Shown: piece by piece, positions 29,002-42,535 of the stretch | How the letters are laid out: each line of letters opens with the position of its first letter | Position numbering within the stretch: the stretch's first letter is position 1 | NCBI GenBank assembly: GCA_964016885.1 | Contig: OZ024746.1 | Coordinates: 83,886,001-83,950,000 of the forward strand | DNA: 64,000 bases | From: Eledone cirrhosa | Lineage: Eukaryota | Direction of reading: 5' to 3' | Made by a program: the position numbers and the translations under genes | The notes under the pieces: generated by a model | Databases searched by the model: none | The model's input: the letters and a program-made list of their open reading frames with translations, nothing else | What the model was told of the DNA's origin: nothing

Positions 29002-29144
29002 GTGTGTGTGTGTATATATATGTGTGTGTGTGTGTATATATATATGTGTGTGTGTGTGTGTATATATATATATGTATGTGTGTGTGTGTGTATATATATA
29101 TGTATATGTGTGTGTGTGTATATATATATATATATGTATATATA

Positions 29145-29211
<67 letters not shown>

Positions 29212-29216
29212 GTGTG

Positions 29217-29247
<31 letters not shown>

Positions 29248-29248
29248 A

Positions 29249-29335
<87 letters not shown>

Positions 29336-29352
29336 GTGTGTATATATATATA
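27970..29352. repeat. ~1.4-kb (TA)n/(TG)n microsatellite
   Basis: Read directly from the sequence. Confidence 0.97.
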
Positions 29353-29989
29353 CTGGAATGTGGCACCTATGAGACAGTCTGAGAATATATACTGACTGAA
29401 ACAGAATGTAGACAGATTAGGTTAATAGTCTAAATAACTTGAACTACCATTGTAGTAAGCAATAACGGATATCTTTTGATGGTGTTAACATATTTAATGC
29501 AGGGAGCACTAGATGTAGATTTGTTTTTGTTATGGCTTACACCTGTGCTGGTTTCTAAGAGGTTGCACCTTGCAGGAGCTTTCCCATATGTTTTAACCTT
29601 TTTGATACCAAACTAGCTTTGGCTCGGGCATAATTTAATATAAGAACTTTTTATGTTCCAAACATCAGATTACTTATGAAATTTTTATTTTACTAAATTC
29701 TTTCAAAATTCATAAGGCAGTATATTTTGTTAGAAAAATAGTAATGAAAGGGTTAATAGTAATGAAAGGCTCCAAATACGAAGTGGATTTAAATAAAGGA
29801 TTTTACTGGTTATGAATGAATTAATTTATAACAGTATTAAAATATTTATTATACGTGAAGATATTTTATTAATATGACATTGAAGAATATATTTAGTAAA
29901 TGTCAACACTATAGAAATAGAGGGAATGTAGTGACACTGATTTTAAATATCAACAATATGACTAAAGGAAACTGTCTTAGTGGAATGTT

Positions 29990-30230
29990 GTGCATACTGA
30001 ATACACATATTGCACAGCCTCACTTATGTAATATAATTTGTTGGAAAACTGCAGGCAACCAAAATTATCCAAGCGATTAATAGAAAACAAAATGCATCCT
30101 TCTAGGGTGTTTAATATCAACAATAAGCAAAGGAGTCAAACTCCAATTAGATCAGATGATTGAAATTTCATTAACTGTGTAGAATATGCATTGCTGAGGA
30201 TGTCTAAAAAGACCAAAGTATATCTCCTGC
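29990..30230 (+). mobile_element. Possible highly decayed Penelope-like element end (GIY-YIG remnant plus broken hammerhead)
   Basis: Frameshifted CNII-VGK...KLSKRLIE resembles GIY-YIG C..YVGKT...L.KRL.EH. CTGAGGATGTCT-AAA-AGAC-CAAA at ~30194 resembles a hammerhead with G12 lost. Confidence 0.3.
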
Positions 30231-31024
30231 TTTCACTAGTTGGTTTTAAAACCTAGATCTACTCCATTCTGCATTGTGTATATTATCAAAAAAGGTTGTT
30301 CAACTGATATTATTGAAGTTATTGCCCTTGCTTGTTTTAACATTTTAGAAGGATTTTCTTGCGTACTTACAGTTGATCAAGGTTTTTTTTAAGAACTCAC
30401 TCTATTACATAAGTGGGGCATCAGATGACTTCTTTCTTGCAGATTGGATATGTCAGTACAATTCCTGTTCAAGGCCATTTTATTTTTGTTTTCAATTTAT
30501 TCTTGGATATAAGACTTTGGCAGAGTTGTTAGAGCATCATATTAAATACTTTGGTATTTGTTCTGACTTTAAGCTCTCTCGATTTAAATCCCATCAAATT
30601 CAACTTTGTTTTTCATCGTGTTGATGTTGATAACTAAAGTACCAGTCCATGAGCAGTGGATTGTCAGAACAGAACTATTATAGACTAGGATGGTATGTTT
30701 TGCAGTATCTCTTCTAGTTCTGTTTGTTCAGTGTTCAAATCCTGCCTCCTGTCACTTTAAATGCAGTGATGTTTTTGCCAGGAATTACAACTGGCAGATC
30801 AGCAGCAGTGGGAAGATTCGTGGAAACATAGTTTCCCTTCCTCGATAATGGAAGAAAATGATGAATACAACAAAACAATTTTGTGTTTGTAAATTATGCT
30901 TTAATTGCCTAATTTAGTTAATTTGTTAATTGCATAACTTTTCTCAAAACACAAAACCATTTAGCAACAAATCTATGTACAATTGATCAGTTAATTGCAT
31001 GTGGAATTTTTTTTTTTTCTACAG

Positions 31025-31078
31025 GATTTTGAAGACTTGGAAGCTTTGAGGCAAGCTGCTCTTGCAACAGTGAAAGCA
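31025..31078 (+). CDS. Exon 2 (DFEDLEALRQAALATVKA)
   Basis: Poly-T tract ctacag| ... GCA|gtaagt; 54 nt, phase 0-0. Confidence 0.9.
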
Positions 31079-32439
31079 GTAAGTGTATCACTCTCTGTCT
31101 CTACATATATTTTTTATGTTTATAACTTCTACATCACTGGAGTTCAACTGTTAAGTCTATCTATTTCAAACAAACTATGTTCATTTTTGACTTGTAATGT
31201 TTGCTTGCACTGAAAAGTATCACTTGGACTCAAAAATTCCCACCTGAAATATCCTGAATAGAATAATCCCAAATGGTTTTAAAACATGATTTTTCAAGGA
31301 AATATAGTTTTGTGTTAACTTAATAATATATGAAAAAAATGTAATCAAGCTAGCTCAGTCTCATAAAATTTAGATTTGTGTAATGAACAAGCTGTATGAT
31401 CAAAGGACACCACCAGAGGTCACCCCCTTCCCCACTACTTGTCACCTGTTGAATCAAACCCCACCATACATCCATAACTTCATACTTATCTCCATCAACA
31501 TTTAACGTCCATTTTTCACCTGCATGGGTTAGATGGGTTATCATATTGAAGCAAGTCAAGTCTGGAGACCATGTCATGCTTATATGGATCTGTATTTTGG
31601 TTTGGTTAATACAGCTGGATGCTCTTTCCTAATGCCAGCCATGTTACAGTGTGGATTGGGTGCTTTTTGTTGTATCACCAACATGACCACCCTACAGGAT
31701 AGGCTGGATGCTTTTATTGTGGCATTGGATCAGCGTACAGGGTGGACTTAGTGTTTTTTGTTGTGGCAATGGCATTGTGGGAAATCATTTAGAGTGTGTC
31801 CAGTGTTCATGCTTGTATGCATGGGTTAAGCAGGCAAGATGTATCAGGGAGGGGGCAAATAAGCAAGTTTGACTCGACGTTGGAATATTTAGCTAGTGAG
31901 GGCAGGGTATTCAGACTGCAGAGAGTGAATGGGGAGGATACATACACACACATCTTTCTTCTTAATAGTTTTTGTACTTGAATTAAACAAAATTATTTCC
32001 CCAATTTGCAGTGTCTGTGTTACTACTGTTGGGGGAAGCATATACCCTGGATTAGTTGGAGAAAATATCTTGATGTTTAAATTTTAAAATATGTTGAACA
32101 TGATAGACTGAGTTGAAACCTTGCCAAGAGATATACATATGCTGGAATGTTTCCCTTAAAGACAGTGTGAAAATATGTACATTATGACTGAAGCATAGTT
32201 AGATAGAAATGTAACAGATCAGGTTAATAATGTAAACAATTTGAACTACTACTACTCTGGCATACCAGGTAGTGAATTAGCAGAGGTTTTAGAGCATTAG
32301 ATGAAATACTTTGGGGTATATATTCTGGTTTCTTGTATTTTGAGTTCAAATCCTATTAAGGTTAACTTTGCTGTTCATCCCTCTAAGTTTAAGACAGAAC
32401 CATCAAATCCTGCTATGTCCTACTTGGGCAGTAGACTTA

Positions 32440-32825
32440 ATTGGTTGATGGTTAAGCACCACCTGGTCTTTAGATGCATTTAGTGGGAGCATATCTTCAT
32501 TCTCTTTCATCAGTATTGAAGGCCCCTGAAAAGAATCATAGGGACTTCCCTTCCTCTTGACTTACTTAGGAGATTCTGCATCTTGAGACATATGAGGTAG
32601 CCAAAGTACTTCAATGACTACTGTCAGTTGCATCTATCAATACATCATTCCAACTTTTGTTGCCAGTTTATCTTGGGTCCTGATTAGCATGTCTTTCCCT
32701 GGGGAGTCACATGTCCCAACCAACCAAGTCTCCACTTGTACATGATGTTAGACATACATTGTTGGTGGGTTTGTTGATGGACTTCTTTGTTGGTGATTTA
32801 GTCATTCCACTTGATGCCAAGATAT
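32440..32825 (-). mobile_element. Decayed RTE-like LINE 3' fragment, abutting a MITE
   Basis: ILGIKWND*ITNKEVHQQT remnant on the minus strand. Confidence 0.55.
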
Positions 32826-32829
32826 TTAA

Positions 32830-33027
32830 CCCTTTAGCATTTACATTACTCTATATTTACTATTGTATTTCTGTGGTAAAGGCTTTACTTCACATAATAT
32901 TGAATCTATGAGATTTTGATATTATTAATTTTGAGAGCAATGCCTTAACATCAGTATGAGTGGCCAGTTATGGCTGGTCTGAACAGAAAGAGGTGAGAGA
33001 ATTATGACTGGTTTAAATGCTAAAGAG
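32830..33027 (+). mobile_element. piggyBac-type MITE, copy 1 (orientation A)
   Basis: TTAA|CCCTTTAGCATTTA...TAAATGCTAAAGAG|TTAA, 198 bp. Confidence 0.85.
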
Positions 33028-33155
33028 TTAAAGACTATAGTTCAATTATTGTTAACATATTTAATGCAGTGGGCATATAGAAAAGTAACTAGATATAATT
33101 CTGAGGTTTAAAAAAAATCATTAGTTAATTACTAATATTTTCATTTTTTTTATCA

Positions 33156-33340
33156 AGTGCTGGAGATAGCTCTATACTTGTTAGTGCTGGAGACAGCTCT
33201 ACACATGTTAGTGCTGGAGACAGCTCTACACATGTCAGTGCTGGAGACAGCTCTACATGTCAGTGCTGGAGACAGCTCTACACATGTCAGTGCTGGAGAC
33301 AGCTCTACTTGTTAGTGTAGGAGACAGCTCTACACATGTT
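33156..33340. repeat. 25/27-bp intronic minisatellite, 7 units
   Basis: AGTGCTGGAGACAGCTCTACACATGTY repeated. Confidence 0.95.
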
Positions 33341-33546
33341 TCAGTCTTATTCTCAATCCATCACCATAGTATAACTTTCATTATACTTGCTTAAGTAGTA
33401 TTTAAAAAAAAAATTAAGTAGATGTACAAGATAGTATATTTATTGTCATGGAAAAATAGATGTTAAATGATGATGATCTAAATAACTTATCTTTTCGTAT
33501 ACCTTTCATTTTTGAGTAATCTTGGTGATTATTTTTACAAATCTAG

Positions 33547-33675
33547 CGAACAAAGGAGGAGCCAACTTGTGAACTTTCCTTTGGAAATGAAGATGGTGAT
33601 GATGATCTTTTAGCTCTTAGAGAAGCTGCATTGAAAAGTACAGGCCGTACAGCCACCATTGACCAGACAGATAAA
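33547..33675 (+). CDS. Exon 3 (RTKEEPTCELSFGNEDGDDDLLALREAALKSTGRTATIDQTDK)
   Basis: atctag| ... AAA|gtaagt; 129 nt, phase 0-0. Carries the second LRxAAL motif. Confidence 0.88.
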
Positions 33676-34360
33676 GTAAGTATTTGTCATTTGTTACATT
33701 CATACACTATTAACTAAAGGTTTTCTTTAAATTGCTCTAGTGTTCACTGTTTCAAATTCTTCATTGTATAGTATCCAGACTGTTACTGACTCTAAAGTAT
33801 AAACACTTTTTAAAGTCATTCTGCTCTGCCACTATATCTTTCTCTGCTAGGATTAGCACATAGTTAGGTGGTAAACTAAATCTGTTATTCAGTGTAACAT
33901 TAATACTTCTTAGCCCCTGTGTGTCTTTAGTGGAATACACTCTATTGTAAGCACACAGACCTTGTTTACAGTCTGACGATAACCTGAAACATTAAAACCA
34001 TTAAAAAATATTTATGTCTTAGTCAGGGGAGGAAAAGCGGTGATCAATCTTGGTATGTTACTTCCTACTGCAACATGAATGGTGGTTTCTTCCTTTCTTT
34101 CTCCTATTTCAGAGGTCCTAACAAAATGTCATAGTTGCTGCCTTTCCTTTGATTAAGTCCTAAACATGTTTTTAATTTACACACCTTACCTTTACTCCTG
34201 TTTCTATATCTTTATTTAGTTTATTATTGAATTGAACTAGTAGAACTCTCTAACAAATCCTTTCAAGGTTAGCATTGTTGGCTTCATGACAGGTTTAATT
34301 ATCTTGACCATATTTTATCACTTACTTTGTAACTCATTGAAAAATGTTGATATATTTCAG

Positions 34361-34670
34361 ACTAAAGACACCTTTCTTAAACAGAAACACTCAAAAAAGA
34401 ATCCTCAACACAAATTGAATCCTTACACTACACAGAGAAATGGCAGTTGGAGAAAGACTGCAACAGAGCGCCGGCAAAGACATTTGATTGTCATTCCATT
34501 GGAATCCTCACGTTCAGGTTCCCCAATGACTGAGAATTCAACTCCAAGTTTGAAAGTTGTGCTTCCTCCAGACAATCTGGCTAGTGAGCAGTGTGATAGT
34601 AAGACAATCAAAGAACAACCTAGCTGCATAACAAAGTCTACAACAGCTGAACCTTGTCTAGTAAAAAAAC
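34361..34670 (+). CDS. Exon 4
   Basis: tttcag|ACT AAA ... AAA C|gtaaga; open frame, phase 0-1. Confidence 0.88.
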
Positions 34671-35146
34671 GTAAGAATTTATGTATACGTATCATTGTGT
34701 GTGTGTTTGGTTGCAGTTGAGAGAAAAAAATTCTCAATACTTGTTTTAGAGTTTATATTCATTAGGAGGTAGCTGATGATTCACTCTGTTGCTACTCAGA
34801 ATTTCCTCAACATACACAGTCATTGCCTGAATAACTGATATAAAACTAAAGCTAAATGCAAATTTTGAAGATATTTTTTCAACTTTTAGTGACATTGTAT
34901 ATACATACAATAAAACATCAGAGCTAGGCACTAGCTTTCAAGATGCTCCTTCAGGCTCAAGATATTACAGTAGAATATAGGAAAAATTGGTTACTCTAGT
35001 TATGAAATACTGAAACAATTGGTGAATAGCTTGTAAATTCTATTTGTTGCTGTGAATACATATTTATGAATGCTCTAGTTTTATGTTGTTTTTAGCAAGC
35101 ACTTTTCAAGCACTTTTCAATGACCACTATTTTTGTCTTTTTCCAG

Positions 35147-36601
35147 GAAAAGTTGGGAAGTTTAGTCGTTATGATGATGCCGATGAGGATTCTGAAAGTG
35201 ATGAATCTCTTTTAGACTCATCTGATCTCTCTTCTCCTGCTATAACTCTTATTGCAAACAACAGCAACAATAAATTAGAGACTGACTCTGATTCTGATGG
35301 CTGTCTTTCACTCACTTCTGACACGCGAATTGTTACTCAAGAAAGACCACTTGAGAAAGATGAGAATTCTGACACTGAAAGAACTGTTGACAGTATTTTG
35401 TTTGAAGATAAACTTACTGACAGTTTATTACAGGAATATGATGAACCACTGTTGGACATTGAAGAAAATGGTGATATTGATGATGCAGTTGAGGCGAAAT
35501 CGCCTGAGCATCTCATCCAAGAAACTCCTTGCTCTGAGCCTCTTGATGTTGATCCTCATGATGTTGATCAACTCGATGCCGATCAACTCGATGCTGATCA
35601 ACTCGATGCCGATCAACTCGATGCCGATCAACTCGATGCCGATCAACTCGATGCCGATCAACTCGATGCCGATCAACTCGATGCCGATCAACTCGATGTT
35701 GATCAACTTGATGGTGATACACATGACGCTGAGCCTAGTGATGGGGGACATTCTGCAGGACTTGAAGTCTTTGAGGCAAGGAAACGCAAGTTTGATTCTA
35801 CCAAAGAGATATCACCTTCTGAGCTGAAAAAAACAATTTCTCTGAAGGGTATTGTACCTAAATCTAGAAAACACCGTAAACACCATCGAACTAGTGAAGC
35901 ATTACATTCCAGCAATGAAAAGGAATCAATATTACATCCACGTGATCTGAGAGAACGAAATTATGATGAAGCTGAAACTTCAAAGCCTTTATCATTTGTT
36001 AGTAGTCAACATCGAAGAGAACACGGACATCGAAGAGTCCACAAACGTTCCCGTAGCCGCAGTAGAAGTAAATATGGTGGTGGGAGCTTATCTGATGATG
36101 TTAGCCGATCATTTCAGAAGAGAGACAGAGTATCAGTTCGACAAAGACGATCTGGGAGTAGTTCTAGTAGTAAACGTTTTGTTTACCCTGTGTCAACAAA
36201 TGAGGGTAAACAACGAAAAGTAGTTCAAAAAGAAGATGGCAGTAGTTGGGCATGTTGTAAAATCATTGCAAGTAAATATTTATCCGATCAAAGTGACTCA
36301 GAGGAATGCAACGAGAACACATTTTTTAAAAGACAATATCAATCAAATTCTCGAAAATTTGATATTTTAGACTCTGCCAGTTCTATAAAGCAGGAGCCCA
36401 AACCAAAATCAGTATTAGCACCAGACAGATTTGAAAGTAAACACTCAGCTGCAAGAGGATGGATTAGCCTTTTGGAAAATCGATCAAAAAGAAAAAGGAC
36501 TACTAAAGATAGCAGTCGACAATTACAACAGAACAGTGATGATCAGACATATTTAGAAAGGCCACCTAAAGGTCCAGTAGTAAACATTACTTTCAACTCA
36601 G
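35147..36601 (+). CDS. Exon 5 (acidic region, DQLDA repeat, basic/RS region)
   Basis: ttccag| ... TCA G|gttagt; 1455 nt open, phase 1-1, inside the 507-aa ORF. Confidence 0.92.
35566..35715 (+). repeat. In-frame 15-bp coding minisatellite, 10 units of DQLD(A/V/G)
   Basis: GATCAACTCGATGCC units with degenerate flanking units EPLDV, DPHDV and DTHDA. Confidence 0.95.
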
Positions 36602-37172
36602 GTTAGTTGTAAACGTTTTTGTTTTTAATTTGTGAATGTTTAAATGTTTTTTTACTGGGTAAGTTTATTCAAACTGGAGAGGTTTTACTTGACGACAAAA
36701 TCATCTGTTAGCTGATTTAATTGGATTTCAACTTTCATTGTATGCTTTACATTGAACATGAATAATGAAATTATTGTGTAAAGTGCTCAGGTGCACTACA
36801 ACTCGTCAAAGGTGCATGTATAGTACATAGAATAATACACAAATGTCATCATCATTCATCTGTTTTTCTATGCTGGAATAGGTTAGACCAATAAATGATG
36901 ACCATTATTCTCCCCTTAAAAAAAAAAGAAAAAAAAGTGATCTAATCAGTTAGATGAAAAGCTGTAATAGATGAGAAAATGACATGACGAGTGGATGAAA
37001 GATTATATTGTAGATGTTTGTTATGCATTAATCTGTTTTTTCTGTTTTCACAATCCTTCAATCAGTAAATTAATGCAATAAGGGATGGTTGGCCCACAAA
37101 AATTTAAAGTCCTAGTAGCATATTGAGAGTGAGAGTTTTCTATTGACATTCTATTGACATTTATTTTTTCAG

Positions 37173-37322
37173 GTAGTCATAGTTTTACTCAAAAAGAAAC
37201 TGTGGAAGACAGATTATCTGCACATCAGCGGCTAGGAGTGTTATCAAAAACTAAACAAGAGTCTTTTGAGAAAACCAAGGAAAAGCACCATAGTAAAAGA
37301 GAGAGCAAGAAAACCAAAATAG
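37173..37322 (+). CDS. Exon 6
   Basis: ttttttcag|GT AGT CAT ... ATA G|gtagag; 150 nt, phase 1-1. Confidence 0.85.
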
Positions 37323-38394
37323 GTAGAGTAATCTAATTATGATATTATTTTTGTTTGATTTTTCTTCTGTTATAATTGATTATTTTTTCTACAGCTCTTA
37401 ACTGCATGTTTTAATTAACCCTTTCAGTGCCACATTAACCACAGCCCAGGCCTCCTCCATGCCACATTTTTCAGGGTAAAATATTACATTTTAAGATAGT
37501 CAATATCATCATCTTTGTCAGCAGCACCACCACAATCATCCCTACGTAATTCTGAAATAGAATGTTTTCATACCTTCATCTAAAACCTTTCCTCTGCCTA
37601 GCTTTTTTTTTCTTCTTTTTTTGCTTTGGTGTGTTCTTCTTGACACTTCTTTTATTCACTGGTTTCAGTCATTAAGACTACGGCCATGCCAGGACACCAA
37701 CTTCAAGAGATTTAGTTGATAAGATTGACTGCAATACTTTTGTCTGGTACATATTTTATGAACATTGGAAGGAGGAAAGGCAAAATCGACCTGGGTATAA
37801 AAGGTATTTTTGTTTGACGTTCTGCTGATTCTGCCACCTCCTACTGATATATATATCATCATCATTATCATCATTATGTCAACTCTTCTGTGCTGGTATG
37901 GGTTGGATGGGACTTTTTGAGGTAATGTTTTATAGACAGATGCCCTTCCTGATACTAACTCTTTTTGTCACTTCTTTTGACACACAGGAATATGGTGTAT
38001 CTATTCTAAACCAGATACATACAGCCATTTATATATATATATATATGTGTATGTTCATGTGTGTGCTTATGTTTACTGTTTGTTTGTGTCTTGTAACATT
38101 GATTTAATAAAAAAAAGATCAATAAAATAAGTACCAGACTTGAAAAATAAGTACTGAAGTTAATTTAATTGACTATATATATATATATATATATATATCT
38201 ATATATGTTTAGTGTATATATATATATACAGTAATAATAAATACGAAGACCAAAATCAGAAGATCCTGTAATAGGGTGAAAGCTGAAATTCTTTGCTTAA
38301 ACTTTAATCTGTATTAATAATATATATATATATAAATGATCATCATTTTATGTGCACTTTCCATGCTGGCATGAGTAGAATGGCTTGTAACGGT

Positions 38395-38900
38395 CTCCCT
38401 TTATCAGGCATTTATTGACAGTATGTTTGTTCAACTTCTCACTGATATGAAGGCCTACCTCACCATTAGTGATGTATTATCAGAACCAATCCTTATAGAT
38501 AATGGTGTTAAGCAAGAGAACATAGGTGCACCAACTTTATTTTCAATAGACTTTGTGACTTTAATTGATCATGCATTTAAAGACAGTATCGTGCAACTAG
38601 TAAACTCTTTAACTTGATGTCAAAGACCCTTATGATCTTAGTTCATTATCTGTTGTATTCTGATGATTGTGATCTTGTGGTCCCACTTGTAACAAGATAT
38701 TCAGAAGATAAAGTATCTTTTCTCTGGTGCCGATACTTCTTTTTGACTTCCAAGAAAACTAAGGTGATGTTTACTACGCCAGGCAAGTTGTATGTAGAAA
38801 ATATTTGTTTAAGGTCCAGGCTTTGATATAATGGACTTGTTTGTGTATCCTTCTGGTGAGAGAAGGACTTATGATTTTCTACCAAGTTCTGTCATCTATT
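38395..38900 (+). mobile_element. Decayed RTE-BovB-like RT fragment
   Basis: NGVKQENIGAPTLFSIDF, LLYSDDCDLV and KKTKVM remnants. Confidence 0.75.
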
Positions 38901-38936
38901 ATATTTTTGGTGCTGACCAATGCTTTGTAAGTTTAA

Positions 38937-39134
38937 CCCTTTAGCATTTACACCGGCCAGAATTCTCTCACCACTTTCTGTTCAAACTGGCTGTAACTAG
39001 CCACTCATACCGACCCTAAAGTATTGTTCTCAAAGTAAATAATATCAAAATCTCATAGATTCGACATTATGTGAGATAAAGCCTTTACCAAGAAAATATA
39101 ATAGTAAATATAGAGTAATGCAAATGCTAAAGGG
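38937..39134 (-). mobile_element. piggyBac-type MITE, copy 2 (orientation B)
   Basis: TTAA|CCCTTTAGCATTT...AAATGCTAAAGGG|TTAA. The interior is the reverse complement of copy 1. Confidence 0.88.
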
Positions 39135-41709
39135 TTAATGTAATAAGAAACTGTATGTGTGTGTGAGCATGTTTGTCTTTATCGTTGTGTATGTTTTCAC
39201 ATTGACTCTGTTTAAACAACTGCTGTTTATGTCCAATATAAATAGTATACCCTGTTGCTTAGCAGTTCAATGTGTGAAAACTAGTAGAATAAGTACCATA
39301 TTTCAAAATAAGGGTTGGTGTCATGGAAGACATCCAGCTATAGAATACTGCCTTATGTCTTGTCCAACGCATGCCAACATGGAAAATCATGTAAAAATGG
39401 TGTTTATGATTAACCTGTCTAACTCTAGCTAACAGGATGAATGATCGTTTGATGATTAACAATATTTATTTATGGCTTAGTCAGACATATTGCAGGGTTT
39501 CTAAGATTGGAGGAAATCAAAGGGTGGTAGAAACCATGACCCATGGGTTATACTCACATTTGGTACCTGGTCTAAATGCATGCAACAAAGTGGACTCTGC
39601 TAAATGCACCCCGGTCCAGATGGCAGTGGCAGATTAAGTCTATCACTGCAAAACAGGAACAGTGTATCCCACTGGTTACTACAATTTCTATTTATTTAAT
39701 TTCACATACAAAGCTTGGTATGATGCAGGTCTATGGTGGTGATACTTACTCAAGGTGTCATGCAGTAAGATTGTATCTGGAACTTTAATTACCTGGTTGT
39801 ACATGACAATCATTAGCACTAATGCATTGCCAAATATTGAGCTGTTAAGTTTGCATGTTCTACATGGCAATATCAAGCTAGGTTTTCCTCTAACTGTAAG
39901 TTAGGTCTTGTAAATTAAACCTTTCTTTTATTAGAAACATGGCAAATGAGTGGCGTTGCCTATCTCAACCAATTGTATTAATGACATGCAAACGCAGGTG
40001 CCTCAACATGATTGTTTCAACCTGATAGAAATATCAGCCACATGCCCTCGTATTGCATTCTGCTGTCATAAAAAAAGGAAAAACACATTGGATAATGTGA
40101 TTCACAATCTTAAAAAAAAAAAACAAGATGGTCATAGCTGGAATGAATGGCTTTGATTAAAGGTATACTTCATCAAAACTGAGCTGAGGCTATATCATCT
40201 AGATCAGAAATATATATTAAAAAAATCATTATTACAAATAATTACAATTTCCAATAAATAGAAGTTTGCATTTACACATGCATGTATGTATAATGATAGA
40301 GTTTTAGTCAGTTTTCCAAAGCTGTCATTGTTTAACTTCACATCAGCTTTGATTGAATAAGCCTATGATCAAAGGTATTCCAGCCATGACCATCTCGTGT
40401 TGTTTTCGAGCATAATGCATCTTGAACCATATTATTCAATATGTCTTTTCTTTCTTAAGATAGTAAAGTGTGATTTTATGGAGGTTTGGCCTGTCAAGTG
40501 ACCATATGGAGGCTCTCTCAGTACATATAGCTGGGAAAATAGTTAGACAATTGCTTAATGTTTTTCCTACTTATAATCACTTTATTGTAAAGAGTATAGC
40601 TTGTCAAGTGATAGTTAACACATTTAATGCCGAGAGTACCAGAAATCTAAGTAGAAAATATGGTGAAATAAAAACAGTATTAGTCTGTTTTGACAAGTTA
40701 GACAAGTAAGGGGAACAACTCTAGACGCGATTCGCTGTTAGTGCTTAAATGGTGATGAGAGAATCACTCAGAAAATGTTCAAGATTGTACACTTGTTGCA
40801 TAGAAAAATTGAATTTCCAGGAAAATACATTACTTTTAGATTTAATCTGCATGGGAAAACAATAAAGTTAGCGTTAATTATATTTTTTTAATTTCATTTT
40901 TAAAGTCTAAGTTGAACGTGGATGGGTAGCACACATGACCTTTTATTGGGCCCCAAAGAGCTAGCCTGAATGCTTGTTAATAGGCAATTTACTAATAATG
41001 TTTTTGTTCTTTTCATTGCTGCATAATATTGTCCAGTTAGCTTTTCCATGCTTCTTGCATTAAATATGTTAATATTAACTTAACTATTATTCTTTCTTGC
41101 TGATGAACATTTCTGTATCAGTTAGGCAGTTTGAGATATTCAGAGTTATGTACCTTATGTATCATTCTGAGATATTTCACAATTACCTTAAATACAATAT
41201 GTATATGAAGGGTTGAACTCTATGAACCCGTAACTAATAGTTCATCACTTGACTCTCAGTTAAATTATTTGAGTGTTTTTTTTAACCCTTTCATTTATAT
41301 TAACCTTTTATTTGTCATATTTCTAACAAAATAATCAATGTATTTTGTAATATAACTAACATTCTTATTATTAAATTGGTGTTTGGAATATAACTGAAAG
41401 GTTCTTACAATAGATTATGATGGAAAGTGTTTTTAAATAAATATAAACAGCTTTGGCTCATAGAAGCAAGGGTGGTTTGGTATCAACTGATTTGGATTGA
41501 TTTCACATATTTCTAGGTAAAGGATGGGTTTATTTGTATTCCCATGAATACTTTCTGGGTAGAAATTTTATCAGCCCTAGAGAGATGAAAAGAAAGTGGT
41601 AACATTTGTCATAATTTGAACTTGGAATATAGAAAGTTTGAAACTAAATACTGTAAAGTATTTTGTTGGTGTTTGCCAGCGCATATTAAAATGAAAGTAA
41701 TTACTTTAA

Positions 41710-41916
41710 CCTGTTAGCATTTAAACTTAGCCGTATCTGGCCAGAATTCTCACCTCTTTCTGTTCAAACTGGCTGTAATCGGCTGCTCATACTGATGTTA
41801 AGGTATTGTTCTTAAAATAAATAATATCAAAATCTCATAGATTCAATATTATGTGAGGTAAAGCCTTTACCTTGAAAATAAAATAGTAAATATAGAGTAA
41901 TGTAAATGCTAAAGGG
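41710..41916 (-). mobile_element. piggyBac-type MITE, copy 3 (orientation B)
   Basis: TTAA|CCTGTTAGCATTTA...TAAATGCTAAAGGG|TTAA. Confidence 0.88.
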
Positions 41917-42422
41917 TTAATTCAAGCTAATAAGCCTTGGCTGGAATGCTTATTTTTTTATGACTCCTAGAACCAAATAACAACTAACCTTTTTAAAGCT
42001 ACTTAACCCTGTGAAATAGTGAAACTAAGTAAATCAACTCTGTATGATTTAGTTGGGAGCTACTAGTTGAGAGTGTTAATAAATTGCAGTCTTTTGGGTG
42101 GCTTGATTACCATATTTATAATGAAAGACATTGCCTATTATATTTCAAATAGTAACTTTATCATTAAGTTGGTGTTTGGAGAATAACTTAACAAAGGTTT
42201 TTACATAAAAATATAATGGAAGCTTTTTAGATAAATATAAAGATTTAAAAATAAACAGTTTAGTATCATGGAATCAGAGGTGGTTAGATACAGTTTGGTA
42301 TCATAAGAGTATCAAAATCCTAATTTGTAATTTGGTTCAAATCCTTTGTATTTAACTTTTTCTTCTTATGTTTTATTTATTTATTTTATTTATTTATTCA
42401 ATCATTTATTTTTGTTTTTCAG

Positions 42423-42535
42423 ATTGTTCGAAAGAAAGTGAACTAGATCGGAAAATCCAGCGCATTCAAGAAATGAATGCTGCCATTTTAAAGAGACAAG
42501 AAGAAGTACTGAAAGATAAAGAGCAATATGGTTGA
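42423..42535 (+). CDS. Exon 7, terminal (DCSKESELDRKIQRIQEMNAAILKRQEEVLKDKEQYG*)
   Basis: tttttcag|AT TGT ...; phase-1 compatible; TGA at 42533-42535. Total CDS is 2229 nt. Confidence 0.88.

Noticed and set aside
27889-29395. Long overlapping ORFs in all frames
   Set aside because: Microsatellite artefact.
35566-35715. Canonical pentapeptide-repeat (A(D/N)Lxx) beta-helix
   Set aside because: The Ala/Leu spacing does not fit, and DNA-level identity indicates recent slippage.
35297-35827. Alternative-frame and antisense ORFs (INSMP, IELIG, DRHRV repeats)
   Set aside because: Shadows of the 15-bp coding repeat in exon 5.
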